The position numbers and the translations under genes were made by a program. From assembly GCA_964585945.1 (NCBI GenBank), contig CAZPGB010000006.1, forward strand, positions 7,724-71,723: a DNA stretch of 64,000 bases. The letters are read 5' to 3'. The stretch is from an uncultured bacterium (GTDB lineage Bacteria > Eisenbacteria > RBG-16-71-46 > CAIMUX01 > WJJG01). The first letter of the stretch is position 1. Each line of letters begins with the position of its first letter. Shown in pieces: positions 18,044-27,318 of the stretch. The notes under the pieces are model-generated. The model saw nothing but the letters and a program-made list of their open reading frames with translations. It made no database searches and was not told the origin of the DNA.

Positions 18044-18071
18044 CAACACCGGGTCCGCCCGAATCTGTCAC
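18044..18071 (-). promoter_or_regulatory. Candidate autoregulatory ECF promoter GTGACA-N16-GTGTTG
   Basis: Bipartite motif with 16-nt spacer about 30 nt upstream of the sigma start codon. Confidence 0.4.
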
Positions 18072-18227
18072 CCCCGATCGCGGCCGATCCGTGCCGGCGA
18101 CGTCGATGCTCCCCGACGGACGGACTGCGCCAAGCGAAAGGGTAGGGTCTTCCGGCGCCGCGCTGCGCATCGGGATCCGCCCCGCGAGCCGCGGGTGGGC
18201 CAGGGCGCTAGAAGAGCTGCCCGGGTG

Positions 18228-18893
18228 TCAGAAGATCTGCCCGATCGCGTCCTTGAAGTCGCGGGTGAGGAACTGCACGCGCCCGATCAGAAGCGAGACG
18301 CGCGCCATGACCGTGTAGCCGAAGGAAGCGCCGAAGCCGGCCATGATGCAGAGCCGCCCGAAGTAGGCGAAGCGGCCCACCGCCCCCTTGTGCTCCACCG
18401 AGAAGAGGAAGAAGACCAGGCAGGCCAGCGTTCCCACGACCAGGAAGATCGCCCCGATCGAGGCGCCCAGGTTGCTCGTGAAGGTGCCGTTGGGATCCAG
18501 CGCGACCAGGCTGCGCACCGTGCCCTCGGTTTGCTGGAGGATGCGCCCCTCGAGCGTGGCCGGGATGCTGAGCCCCGAGCTGGCGCCCAGCAGGAAGGCC
18601 AGCGACCAGCGGCTCAGCCAGCCGTGCTTGGGCGTGAAGCGGGTGAAGAGCAGGATGCCGAAGATCAGGGGGATCAGGTAGTCGTACTTGCCCTGGTAAA
18701 GGATGTTGTCCCAGATCTTGGGCAGGAAGATGTTGTTGTAGTAGGTGATGATGATGAAGCCGACCGAGATGCCGACCGCCAGGTGCTCGGCCATCTTGTA
18801 GAAGGGATTGTCCCGGTAGAGGAAGGAGTAGATGGCCAGGGTGACCAGCCCTGCCAGCAGGGTCCACACGATGTTGAAGCCCCCTGATTCCAT
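18228..18893 (-). CDS. Uncharacterised polytopic membrane protein (gene 4 of four-gene operon)
   Basis: SD GGAGGAGAGG; about 6 hydrophobic segments; YSFLYRDNPFYKMAEHL and GFGASFGYTVMARVSLLIGR motifs. Confidence 0.8.
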   Translation of the reverse strand: MESGGFNIVWTLLAGLVTLAIYSFLYRDNPFYKMAEHLAVGISVGFIIITYYNNIFLPKIWDNILYQGKYDYLIPLIFGILLFTRFTPKHGWLSRWSLAFLLGASSGLSIPATLEGRILQQTEGTVRSLVALDPNGTFTSNLGASIGAIFLVVGTLACLVFFLFSVEHKGAVGRFAYFGRLCIMAGFGASFGYTVMARVSLLIGRVQFLTRDFKDAIGQIF

Positions 18894-18950
18894 CTAGCCT
18901 CTCCTCCGGGCCGCGCACGATGCACGGCGATGCGTCTGCAAGCCGTCCAT

Positions 18951-19793
18951 CTAGGCGCCCCTCCTGCGGGCCGTCAGGTAGGCGACGTTGCCCAGCACGA
19001 TGAACAGGATGATCAGGTAGTGGATCACCTTCTGGGACCGCATGCCGTTGGTCCCGTCGCCCAGCTTGCCCACGCGCTTCTCGTACTCGGCCGCTCCTTT
19101 GAGACCTCCCAGCACGCCCTTGATCTGCCCGCTCTGGTAGAAGGGCTGGATGTCGGCCGTGTAGACGGCCGTGAGACCGGTCAGGACGGTCAGGCCGTAG
19201 CGCGACCCCGGGTAGATCGCCCAGAACTCGCCGACCGCGGTGGACGCCAGGCTGAGCACCGCCGGGATCTGGTCGTAGTTCTGGATGTTCTCCATCATCG
19301 GGATCTCATCGATCGGCGTTCCGTAGTAGTCCTTCGGGAACGTGCGCTTGATGTCCTCACCCATCTGGAGCATGGCCACCGCCGCGTTGGGCTGAAAGCC
19401 CAGGAAGGCCCAGTCGATGTCCCGCTTGCGGTCGTACTGGGCGGCGATCCGCGGCACCACGTCAGCCGCGATGCCGGCCCCCAGGCCGGTGTACTGCAGG
19501 CTGATCACCAGGACACGGATGTTGCGCGAGAAGCAGTGGTGCAGCACGGCCTCGGCCATCGGCGTCAATTCGGCCGAAGCGGCCGGGTCGTAGTCGAAGG
19601 AGAGCAGGAGCGGGTTCGCGTCGGGCTGGATCTGATCGATGATCCGGAAGGTGTCCTCCACCTCGCGGGAGACATCCACGCGGACGGGCGGCCAGGCCAC
19701 GTAGAACGGAATGACCACGCCGATGAACACCAGCGTGAAGATCACCCGTCGGTCCAGCTTGAGCATCCGGTCCAGGAGCGTCGGTGTCTCCAT
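18951..19793 (-). CDS. Uncharacterised membrane protein, TM-alpha/beta domain-TM (gene 3)
   Basis: N- and C-terminal TMs; SFDYDP..ELTPM, FPKDYYGT, SGQIKGVLGGLKGAAEYE. Confidence 0.8.
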   Translation of the reverse strand: METPTLLDRMLKLDRRVIFTLVFIGVVIPFYVAWPPVRVDVSREVEDTFRIIDQIQPDANPLLLSFDYDPAASAELTPMAEAVLHHCFSRNIRVLVISLQYTGLGAGIAADVVPRIAAQYDRKRDIDWAFLGFQPNAAVAMLQMGEDIKRTFPKDYYGTPIDEIPMMENIQNYDQIPAVLSLASTAVGEFWAIYPGSRYGLTVLTGLTAVYTADIQPFYQSGQIKGVLGGLKGAAEYEKRVGKLGDGTNGMRSQKVIHYLIILFIVLGNVAYLTARRRGA

Positions 19794-19796
19794 CGG

Positions 19797-20432
19797 CTAC
19801 TCCTTCCCGGACCCCAGATAGGACCGCTCGATGCCCATCACCACCTTGAGCGCGGTCGAGGCCATGCCCAGACCCACGCCCAGAATGATCGCCCGCTTCG
19901 CCACCAGGTTGGGGTTGTCCAGAATCCAGCGGGCGATCGCGGGGATGCCCAGGGAGGCGCCCTCGTCGAGCCGGCCGATCATGACGATGACCGCGGCGAT
20001 GAGCAGAATGGTTGCATCGACGCTGCGCGTGCGGAAGGCGCGGAAAGCCGCCGAGGCCAGATAGAAGGCCAGCAGCGAGAACATCGTCGCCTGCACCGGC
20101 AGCAGGATGGCGTTGAAGAGGTCCTGATACAGCGTGCCTTCGCCCCGTCCGCCGATGAAACCGGCCAGGAGCATCACCGTCAGCCCGACCAGCGCGGCCA
20201 GGCTGTAGACCCAGTCCTTGTGCCGCTTGCGCTCGGGCCCCGAACGCTGCACGCGGTGGGTGTGGCGCTGGATGACGCTGGCCAGTCCCAGGATGATCGA
20301 GAAGGCGTAGACGATCTGCATGTAGTCGTTGATGCGGTCGTAGTAGGGCAGGAACGCGGGCACGAAGTACTGGATGGCCATGAAGCTGCCGGCCAGGAAG
20401 CAGATCGTCAGCGGTACGCGCGTCCTCATCAT
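19797..20432 (-). CDS. Uncharacterised polytopic membrane protein (gene 2)
   Basis: ATGA overlap with upstream gene; ATMFSLLAFYLASAAFRAFR; RAIILGVGLG..GIERSYLG. Confidence 0.8.
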   Translation of the reverse strand: MMRTRVPLTICFLAGSFMAIQYFVPAFLPYYDRINDYMQIVYAFSIILGLASVIQRHTHRVQRSGPERKRHKDWVYSLAALVGLTVMLLAGFIGGRGEGTLYQDLFNAILLPVQATMFSLLAFYLASAAFRAFRTRSVDATILLIAAVIVMIGRLDEGASLGIPAIARWILDNPNLVAKRAIILGVGLGMASTALKVVMGIERSYLGSGKE

Positions 20433-21679
20433 CCGCCCGACCCCCTCACGCGCAAGATCTCGTTGACCCAAGCGATCGGCTCACCGCGCACCAGCGCGCC
20501 GGCGGTCATCAGGGCCACGCCGACGATGATCATCAGAATGCAGAGCAGCTTGTAGTAGTCCTGCCCTTTCAGGCTGCCCAGCAGCGTCGGCTCGCGGCCG
20601 ATGTAGGCGCTGGCCGCGTAGAGCTCCTCGCCGATGATGGTGTAGTCGCAGGCGGTGACGAAGAAGGGTAGCTGCGTGATGGCGTCGGTGCCGGCGATCT
20701 GGATCGCCCCCACCGAGGCGCCGGTCTCGGCCAGTACGAGCGACTCGGCGTAGAACATCCCCAGCAGCAGATTGGCCCCGGGCCGCTCGCGCACCATCGT
20801 GCCGCAGACGGCCGCCGCGTAGGTGAACTGGTCGTTGGTGACGAAGTAGATGTCCTCGGGCCGGTAGTTGTGGGGGAAGCCGGCGGCGATGAAGGCCTCC
20901 TTGACGACGTCCTGCGTAACCGGATAGACGATCGGGTCGCGGTTGGGAATCAGGATGCGCGCCTGGTAGCGGGCGATCTTCTTGGCCACCTCGGAGAGGA
21001 TGTTGAGCGAGGCGATCGTGGCTACGTCCTGGATGGTGCTGATGCCGGGAATGTAGAGTGTCGGCCGGCCCATCTCGGTGCAGCGCCCGACGGCCTCGTC
21101 GATGGCGTCGAGGCCCGCGATGCGGCGGATCTTGAGCTCGCGACCCCGGCGGGCGACGTGGATGAAGCCCAGGATCATCGCCACGAAGATGATGACCGCC
21201 ACGAGCGTGTTGAGCTTGTTCGTGTAGAACCACTGCCGCGCGGGCGCCACCGGGGCCGAGGGCTCCGTGCTCGCCCGCATGCCGTCGGGACCATGCGTCT
21301 CGATCATGTAGACGTAGCTGCGGCCGGGGCGCAGTCCGGTGTCGTCGTAGCTGAAGCTCTCGGTGCGCAGGCGGGCCGGGAACGACTTCACCACGGCGAA
21401 GCTGTCCACCCCGGGATCCTGCCGCAGGATGACGTAACGGTCGACGGTGGGCGCATCCATCGCGTCACCGGGCGCGCGCCCGAACTGGATGCGCAGCGCG
21501 GTGCCGGCGTCGAGCGGCTTGTCTTCCACGGAGAAACCGGTGACGGGGGCGACGGCCGATGCAACTGCAGCAAGGGGGAGTGCGAGCGCGAGCAGCACCA
21601 AGGCGATGATCTCGGATGTCCGCTGTGTCCGTGCTAGGCCCAAGCCGGTGCGTTCCACGCGCCCCTCGTCCTCCACCAA
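20429..21679 (-). CDS. FN3-like exported domain + DUF6754-like membrane-associated domain (gene 1; alternative GTG start 21658)
   Basis: Signal-like segment; YDDTGLRPGRSYVY FN3-like strand; TM; IRRIAGLDAIDEAVGRCTEMGRP..ESLVLAETG..QLPFFVTACDYTIIGEELYAASAY. Confidence 0.8.
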   Translation of the reverse strand: MVEDEGRVERTGLGLARTQRTSEIIALVLLALALPLAAVASAVAPVTGFSVEDKPLDAGTALRIQFGRAPGDAMDAPTVDRYVILRQDPGVDSFAVVKSFPARLRTESFSYDDTGLRPGRSYVYMIETHGPDGMRASTEPSAPVAPARQWFYTNKLNTLVAVIIFVAMILGFIHVARRGRELKIRRIAGLDAIDEAVGRCTEMGRPTLYIPGISTIQDVATIASLNILSEVAKKIARYQARILIPNRDPIVYPVTQDVVKEAFIAAGFPHNYRPEDIYFVTNDQFTYAAAVCGTMVRERPGANLLLGMFYAESLVLAETGASVGAIQIAGTDAITQLPFFVTACDYTIIGEELYAASAYIGREPTLLGSLKGQDYYKLLCILMIIVGVALMTAGALVRGEPIAWVNEILRVRGSGG

Positions 21680-21714
21680 GACCTCATGGGAATGCCCGTC
21701 GCCTATTCGCAGCG

Positions 21715-21744
21715 GATCCTAACAGGATCGACGCTCCGGTGCAA
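21715..21744 (-). promoter_or_regulatory. Sigma70 promoter TTGCAC-N17-TAGGAT (extended TG) with palindrome GATCCT-AAC-AGGATC over the -10
   Basis: -35 at 21739-21744, -10 at 21716-21721 on minus strand; palindrome at 21715-21729. Confidence 0.5.
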
Positions 21745-21790
21745 ACCCGCGTCGGCTGCGGGGCCGGATCCCGCTTCTTCGGCCGCCCCG

Positions 21791-24508
21791 TCAGCGCAGC
21801 ACCAACACGCGTGCCCGGGCCGCGCCGCGTGCGCTCTGCCAGTGGAGCCAGTAGACGCCGCCCGGCACGAGATGCCCGCTTCGGTCGTGTCCGTCCCAGT
21901 GGAGGCGGTGCGCGCCGGGGGCCGCGTGCGCGCCGTCGAGAAGCGTAACGATACGCCGGCCGTCGGGACCAAAAAGGGCGAGGGTGCCGCGCGCCTGGGC
22001 GGGCAGGTGGAGCCGGATCGAGGCGCCCGACAGCACCGGGTTGGGGGAGATCTCCAGCCGGGGACCCGCTGCGCGGGCGGTGGGCCCGGCGGGGTCCACC
22101 GCCGGACCTCTCACCCCGGAGGTCGACGGCACACCGGTGAAGGACAGATCGTCGAGATACCAGCCGCGGCGCACGACGTTGCGGTCCGAGCCGAACTGCC
22201 ATCGCAGGCGCACCCACTGTCCACACAGCGCGTCCAGCGCGAAGGTGCGCTCCACCCAGGCGCCGGTCGTGCCGGTGAAGGCCTGCTGGCCGCCGATCGG
22301 GTTGCAGTTGCCGTCGACGATGCCGTCGTAGCCCTCGGCGGGCGCGACCAGGCTCCAGCTCTGGCCGCCGTCGGTCGATGCGCGCAGGTGTCCGCCGTCG
22401 CTGGCCGCCTCGTTCTCATACCAGGTCCAGCAGCGCAGCGTGGCCGCCTCGAAGTGGACCAGACTGAGCGGCGGCGCGTCGAGGCGATCGTCGGCGCAGG
22501 CGTCGTAGTCCTCGCCCAGCACCGTGCCCCAGACCCGGCTCCCTGAGTGGGCGCCGGCCATGGCGTCGCTGCCCCAGGCCCACTCGCCGAACGGGTCGAG
22601 CCCTTCGCCGGAGGTCTCGAAGTCCCAGACGTCGGCCAGGGTGAAGTCGACGCCGTGCGCGGCCTCGCCCTGCGCCAAGAACAAGGTGCGTCCGCGGGGC
22701 ATCCGGTCGGGCAGCGAGGCGCAGAGCGCGAGGGTGCCCGGCCAGACCGGATCGAGGACGTAGACGCCGTCGGGGCCGGTGAGCGCGCTGGCCGTCTGTC
22801 CCTCGATCTCCACCCTGGCGCCCGGCAGGGGTGCGCCGCCGGGCGAGCGCACCGTGCCGCTGAGGCTGCCGGCCACGAGCGGATCGAGCATCAGGTCGAG
22901 CGCCACGACGGCGCCGCCGGTGACGCTCACCATCACCGTGTCGGGCCAGCAGCCGGACGTCCCGGCGACCAGGGTGTACGCGCCGGGAAAGATCTCGCCG
23001 AAGGCATACTGGCCGTCGGCTCCGGTCACCTGCACCGGATACCCGGTGCCCACCAGACGCAGCGTCGTGTTCGACGGATCGCCGCCCCCCGCGATCGACA
23101 CGGTGCCCTGAATGCCGCCGGGGAGGTCCTGCACCTGGGCGAGCTGGGCGGCGGCGATGGCGTTGGTCACCGTGATCTGGCGCCACAGCCAAGGGTCCAA
23201 CCGGTCGACGCGGTCGCAGAACCGGTGGTAGCAGGGGTTGCTGTCCCACTCGTTCTCGATCGACAGCACGGCGGGAAAGCCGTGGTTGTGAAACGGCACG
23301 TGATCGGAGCCGAAGCCTTCGCCGGGATAGCGGTAGATGGTGAGCCCGGCGTGGTCGACCGCGACCTGCTCGAGCAGATCCATCATCCAGACCGAGCTCG
23401 TGCCCTCGTAGAACCCCTCGAGCCAGAGGTCCTCGCCCTGGGGGTCGTGGTAGCCGGTCATGTCCATGTTGAAGACGCCGCGGATGTCCATCCCCTGCAG
23501 CTCGGCCTCCGACGCGAAGTGCTCGCTGCCGTGCAGGCCCTGCTCCTCGGCGGAGAAGCAGATGAAGATGAGGGTGTAGTCGGTCGTCACGGGCGCCAGC
23601 AGGCGCGCGATCTCCAGGACGGCCGCGGCGCCCGAGCCGTTGTCGTCGGCGCCGGGGGCCAGGTTCTGCGGGTCGGGCGAGGTCGAGTCGAGGTGGCCGC
23701 CGACGATGTAGATGCGGTCGGGGTCGACCGCGCCCTCCTTGATGGCGACCACGTTCTTCAGCTCGTACGACATGTAGGTGAACGGATCGAACCAGGCCGT
23801 CAGGCCGGCCGCTTCGAAGGCGGCCTTGGCGTAGGCGCAGGCCAGCTCCATCTGGGGCGTCCAGGAGTGGCGCGTCTGCAGCTCGGTCGACAGATAGTCG
23901 AGGTCGCCGGACATCCGGTCCGCACGCACCGCCCCGGCGAGCGCGCTCCAGAGGTCCCGTGCGGCTCCGGGGAGCGTGCTCATGGGCTCGCCGCGGTCGA
24001 TCGCCTCGGGCGGTCGCCGGGGCACGACGCGCTGGGCCCGGCCTCCGGGGCCCGCCTTGAAGGGCCAGTCGCCCGGGGCTAGCTGCAGCAGGGCCACCGC
24101 GCGGTCCGCATCCAGGACCAGCGGGTCGCGGGGGGGAGGACCGGCGTGGGCAGCGCCGCCGGCGGACCAGCCCGCGGGCCAGACGCCGGCGCGCAGCGCC
24201 TCGAGCTCGCGGTGCGGCACGAGGAGATAGACCGATCCCTCCCGGTGTCCGCCCACCGCCGTGACGGCCGGATCGTCCAGCCACCTGCTGCCGGCCGGCA
24301 GCAGGCCCAGCGAGCGGCCGGCAAAGGTGTGCAGCACTCGCCAGTCGGGCACGTCGCCGGCGGATCCACCCTCCCAAGATGCTACAATAAAATCGTTTAC
24401 GCTTGAATCTTCAGGCTCGGCGCGAGACCCGTCCGCGCTCGCGGCGATGGCGGCCAGGGTCAGCGCAAAGGCCCATGATAGGGCGAGTGTCTTTCGGATC
24501 CAGACCAT
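21791..24508 (-). CDS. Secreted M28 zinc aminopeptidase with two carboxypeptidase-regulatory-like domains, a beta-sandwich domain and C-terminal FlgD-Ig-like domain
   Basis: Signal peptide; GGHLDS, GADDNGSG, SAEEQG, NMDM, GSDH, YH ligands; SPNP..WDGHDRSGHLVPGGVYW tail. Confidence 0.88.
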   Translation of the reverse strand: MVWIRKTLALSWAFALTLAAIAASADGSRAEPEDSSVNDFIVASWEGGSAGDVPDWRVLHTFAGRSLGLLPAGSRWLDDPAVTAVGGHREGSVYLLVPHRELEALRAGVWPAGWSAGGAAHAGPPPRDPLVLDADRAVALLQLAPGDWPFKAGPGGRAQRVVPRRPPEAIDRGEPMSTLPGAARDLWSALAGAVRADRMSGDLDYLSTELQTRHSWTPQMELACAYAKAAFEAAGLTAWFDPFTYMSYELKNVVAIKEGAVDPDRIYIVGGHLDSTSPDPQNLAPGADDNGSGAAAVLEIARLLAPVTTDYTLIFICFSAEEQGLHGSEHFASEAELQGMDIRGVFNMDMTGYHDPQGEDLWLEGFYEGTSSVWMMDLLEQVAVDHAGLTIYRYPGEGFGSDHVPFHNHGFPAVLSIENEWDSNPCYHRFCDRVDRLDPWLWRQITVTNAIAAAQLAQVQDLPGGIQGTVSIAGGGDPSNTTLRLVGTGYPVQVTGADGQYAFGEIFPGAYTLVAGTSGCWPDTVMVSVTGGAVVALDLMLDPLVAGSLSGTVRSPGGAPLPGARVEIEGQTASALTGPDGVYVLDPVWPGTLALCASLPDRMPRGRTLFLAQGEAAHGVDFTLADVWDFETSGEGLDPFGEWAWGSDAMAGAHSGSRVWGTVLGEDYDACADDRLDAPPLSLVHFEAATLRCWTWYENEAASDGGHLRASTDGGQSWSLVAPAEGYDGIVDGNCNPIGGQQAFTGTTGAWVERTFALDALCGQWVRLRWQFGSDRNVVRRGWYLDDLSFTGVPSTSGVRGPAVDPAGPTARAAGPRLEISPNPVLSGASIRLHLPAQARGTLALFGPDGRRIVTLLDGAHAAPGAHRLHWDGHDRSGHLVPGGVYWLHWQSARGAARARVLVLR

Positions 24509-24655
24509 CGTGGTGCTCCTCGGGTCGCCCGCCGAAGGGCGCCTGGCGGGTTCTGAGACGACCGCAGCCCCAAGTGTACCATGTCACGCCCGCCGCCGGC
24601 CCGGGCGGGTGAGTGCCGGGGCGTGCCGGCCGTTGCCGGCGTGGGGGACCGGTCG

Positions 24656-25729
24656 CTAGAGGAAGGCCCGCAGGCGGCGATAGGTGCCGGGGAAGTACTC
24701 CTCGAAGAGGCGATCCATATCGTCGATCGCCGCCCGCAGCAGGGCCACCTTCTCGTGATAGGGCTGGAAGGCGCTCTTGAAGCCGCTGATCAAGATGCCG
24801 CGCAGGTCGTAGATGCTGAGCTGGAACGTTCGGCAGGCCAGATCCAGCTCCTTGGTGACCGAGGTGTTGGAGACCAGCCGGTTGTCGGTGTTGATCGTCA
24901 CGCGCAGCCCCGCATCGAAGTAGATCCGAAACGGGTGGCTGTGGATGCTGGTGGTCGCCCCGGTCTGCACGTTGCTCGTCAGACACAGCTCGAGCGGGAT
25001 GCGGTGGTCGTTGACGTAGTTCATCAGCTCGCGGTCCTGCCAGAGCAGCGTGCCGTGCCCGATGCGGTGCGCGCCGCAGTAGTGGAGGGCTTGATGGATC
25101 GAGGGAGGTCCGAAGCCCTCGCCGGCGTGGACCGTTCCCGAGATGTTGTTGTTCCGCACGACGTAGAAGGCTTCCCGGTGGTCCTTGGCCGGGAAGTGGG
25201 CCTCCTCGCCGGCCAGATCGAAACCGACGACGCCGTTGTGCTTGTAGGCCACGGTCATCTCCGCCAGCCGCAGGCTCATCTCCGGGGTCATGGTGCGGAT
25301 GCCCGTCAGGATCACGCCCGTGCGAAGCACATAGCGGTCCTCCGCGTCGCGCAGGCCCGACAGCACCGCGTCGACCGCCTGCTCCCAGCTCTGCCCCTGG
25401 GCCTCGTGCAGGGGCGGGGCGAAGCGCGCCTCCATGTAGCGGACGTTCTCCTTGGCCGCGTCCTCGGCCAGCTCGAAGGCCACCCGGCGCAGGGCATCGG
25501 GTGTTTGCAGCACCTTGAGCGTGAGGTCGAAGACGCTCAGGTAGCGCTTCAGGTCCTGGGTGGCCGTCTCCTCCATGTAGCGCACCACGTCCTCGCACGT
25601 CTCGAAGGGCAGCTCGACCTGCTGTTGCCGCGCCAGCTCGAGTAGCGTCTCGGGTCGCAACGAGCCGTCCAGGTGGACGTGCAGGTCGGTCTTGGGCAGG
25701 CGGTGCACGAGCTCGTGGGGTATCTCCAT
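24656..25729 (-). CDS. add: Adenosine deaminase
   Basis: PKTDLHVHLDGS, FDLAGEE, TVHAGE, RIGHG, INTDNR; SD AAGGAG before ATG 25729. Confidence 0.9.
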   Translation of the reverse strand: MEIPHELVHRLPKTDLHVHLDGSLRPETLLELARQQQVELPFETCEDVVRYMEETATQDLKRYLSVFDLTLKVLQTPDALRRVAFELAEDAAKENVRYMEARFAPPLHEAQGQSWEQAVDAVLSGLRDAEDRYVLRTGVILTGIRTMTPEMSLRLAEMTVAYKHNGVVGFDLAGEEAHFPAKDHREAFYVVRNNNISGTVHAGEGFGPPSIHQALHYCGAHRIGHGTLLWQDRELMNYVNDHRIPLELCLTSNVQTGATTSIHSHPFRIYFDAGLRVTINTDNRLVSNTSVTKELDLACRTFQLSIYDLRGILISGFKSAFQPYHEKVALLRAAIDDMDRLFEEYFPGTYRRLRAFL

Positions 25730-25808
25730 CCTTTGCTCCTTCAACGCCGCGGGGCGGTGTGCCCCGCCATGGGCGCCGACGATCGCTCGTCGGCGCGCGA
25801 GTTCGCGT

Positions 25809-27164
25809 TCAACCGCTCAGATTCGCGCGCGCGAGCAACGCCTCGCGCTGCGTCGTGGCCTGCGCGCGAATTCGTTCCAGATCGCCGTCGACCAGCGCGC
25901 CGTCGCGCACCAGGAAGCGGCCGTCGACGACCACTTCCCGCGGTCGCGGCACCCCGGTGGCCAGCGCCAGACGGTGGGCCGCCGAGCTCTGTGGGTCCCA
26001 GGCGAGGTCCTCGTCGCGGAAGAGAATCAGATCGGCCCGGCGGCCGGCCGCCAGGGTGCCCACCTCCCGCTCCAGGCCCACGACGCGCGCGCCCTCCCGG
26101 GTCGCCATGACCAGCGTCTCCTCGATCGGCAGGGCGCCGGGACCCGCGCGCAGGCTCTGCATCTGGGCGGCCAGGCGCATGTCCAGGACCACCGACAGCG
26201 CATCGTTGCAGGCGGCCGCGTCGGAGCCCAGGCCGACCGGCACGCCCGCGGCGCGCAGGCCCACCACATCGGCGGTGCCTGAGCCCAGCTTGGCGTTGCT
26301 GCCGGGGCAGTGAACCACACCCGCGCCACAGCGCGCGAGGGCTTCCTGCTGGCGCCGATCGATCCAGATCGCGTGGACCAGAATGGTCCGGACCTCGAAA
26401 ACCCCCCAGCGAGCGAGGATCCCGATCGGGTCGTCGCCGTGCATGGCGCGGCAGGTCTCGTTCTCCCACGGCGTTTCCGACACGTGGGTGTGGATGGGCG
26501 CGCCGCGCGCTCTGGCCGCCGCCGCCAGCTCCTTCCACAGCGGCTCGGAGACCGAGAGGGTGAACCGGGGCGCCAGCGCGCCGCGCACCCTTCCATCGGC
26601 CGCCCCGTCCCAGCGGTCGTGCACCCCCAGCGCCTCGCGCAGGGCGGTGGCGGTGTCCTGGACCAGTGCGGGCGGCACCCGCTCGCCGGTGTCCATCAGC
26701 GCCTTGCCGAGCACGATCCGAATGCCCATCTCCCGGGCCACCTCGCCGATGACGTCGGTGTGGTGGACCGAGCCCATGTCCAGCAGCGTGGTGCTGCCCG
26801 CCAAGAGCGACTCGGCCACTCCGAGCCGGGCCGACGCGGCCATCGACTCCGGGTCGTGGGCCGCCTCCAGGGGCCAGATGCGCTCGGCCAGCCAGCGGTC
26901 GAGGGGCCGGTCCTCAGCCGTGCCCCGCAGGAGGCTCTGACAGAGGTGGATGTGGGCCTGCACGAAGCCCGGGAGCACCCACCAGCCCGGTCGGTCGAGC
27001 ACGCGCGTGGTCGGCTCGGGCTCGCCCAGGTCGGACCCCAGAGCGTGGATCCGGGAGCCCGCCACCTCGAGGTCGCCGGTCAGATCGCCCCGGTCGGGGT
27101 CCATCGTGATCAGTCGCGCACCCCGAATCCGCCATCGCGGGGTCTGGTCGGCGACCCTGGTCAT
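25809..27164 (-). CDS. Amidohydrolase, 5'-deoxyadenosine/MTA-SAH deaminase-like
   Basis: PGFVQAHIH, HTHVSE, LVHAIW, HCPGSNAKLGSG, GLGSD; SD AAAGGAG before ATG 27164. Confidence 0.82.
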   Translation of the reverse strand: MTRVADQTPRWRIRGARLITMDPDRGDLTGDLEVAGSRIHALGSDLGEPEPTTRVLDRPGWWVLPGFVQAHIHLCQSLLRGTAEDRPLDRWLAERIWPLEAAHDPESMAASARLGVAESLLAGSTTLLDMGSVHHTDVIGEVAREMGIRIVLGKALMDTGERVPPALVQDTATALREALGVHDRWDGAADGRVRGALAPRFTLSVSEPLWKELAAAARARGAPIHTHVSETPWENETCRAMHGDDPIGILARWGVFEVRTILVHAIWIDRRQQEALARCGAGVVHCPGSNAKLGSGTADVVGLRAAGVPVGLGSDAAACNDALSVVLDMRLAAQMQSLRAGPGALPIEETLVMATREGARVVGLEREVGTLAAGRRADLILFRDEDLAWDPQSSAAHRLALATGVPRPREVVVDGRFLVRDGALVDGDLERIRAQATTQREALLARANLSG

Positions 27165-27232
27165 GCCATCTCCTTTCGCTCCTCTTTCGCTCCTCCGAGC
27201 CCGTTTCCTCCGCCCTGGTCGGGCTTTGGCGC

Positions 27233-27262
27233 TTGACACCCCCTCGGCCGCCCCGATACATC
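27233..27262 (+). promoter_or_regulatory. Candidate sigma70 promoter for the hpt operon
   Basis: Perfect TTGACA at 27233 with a weak -10 (ATACAT/TACATC) 17-18 nt downstream, in the divergent intergenic gap. Confidence 0.4.
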
Positions 27263-27318
27263 TTGGCGCAAGCTGGCGGGCTCGATCCGGTCCGAGCGAG
27301 CCCCGCCGTGGAGGGCTC

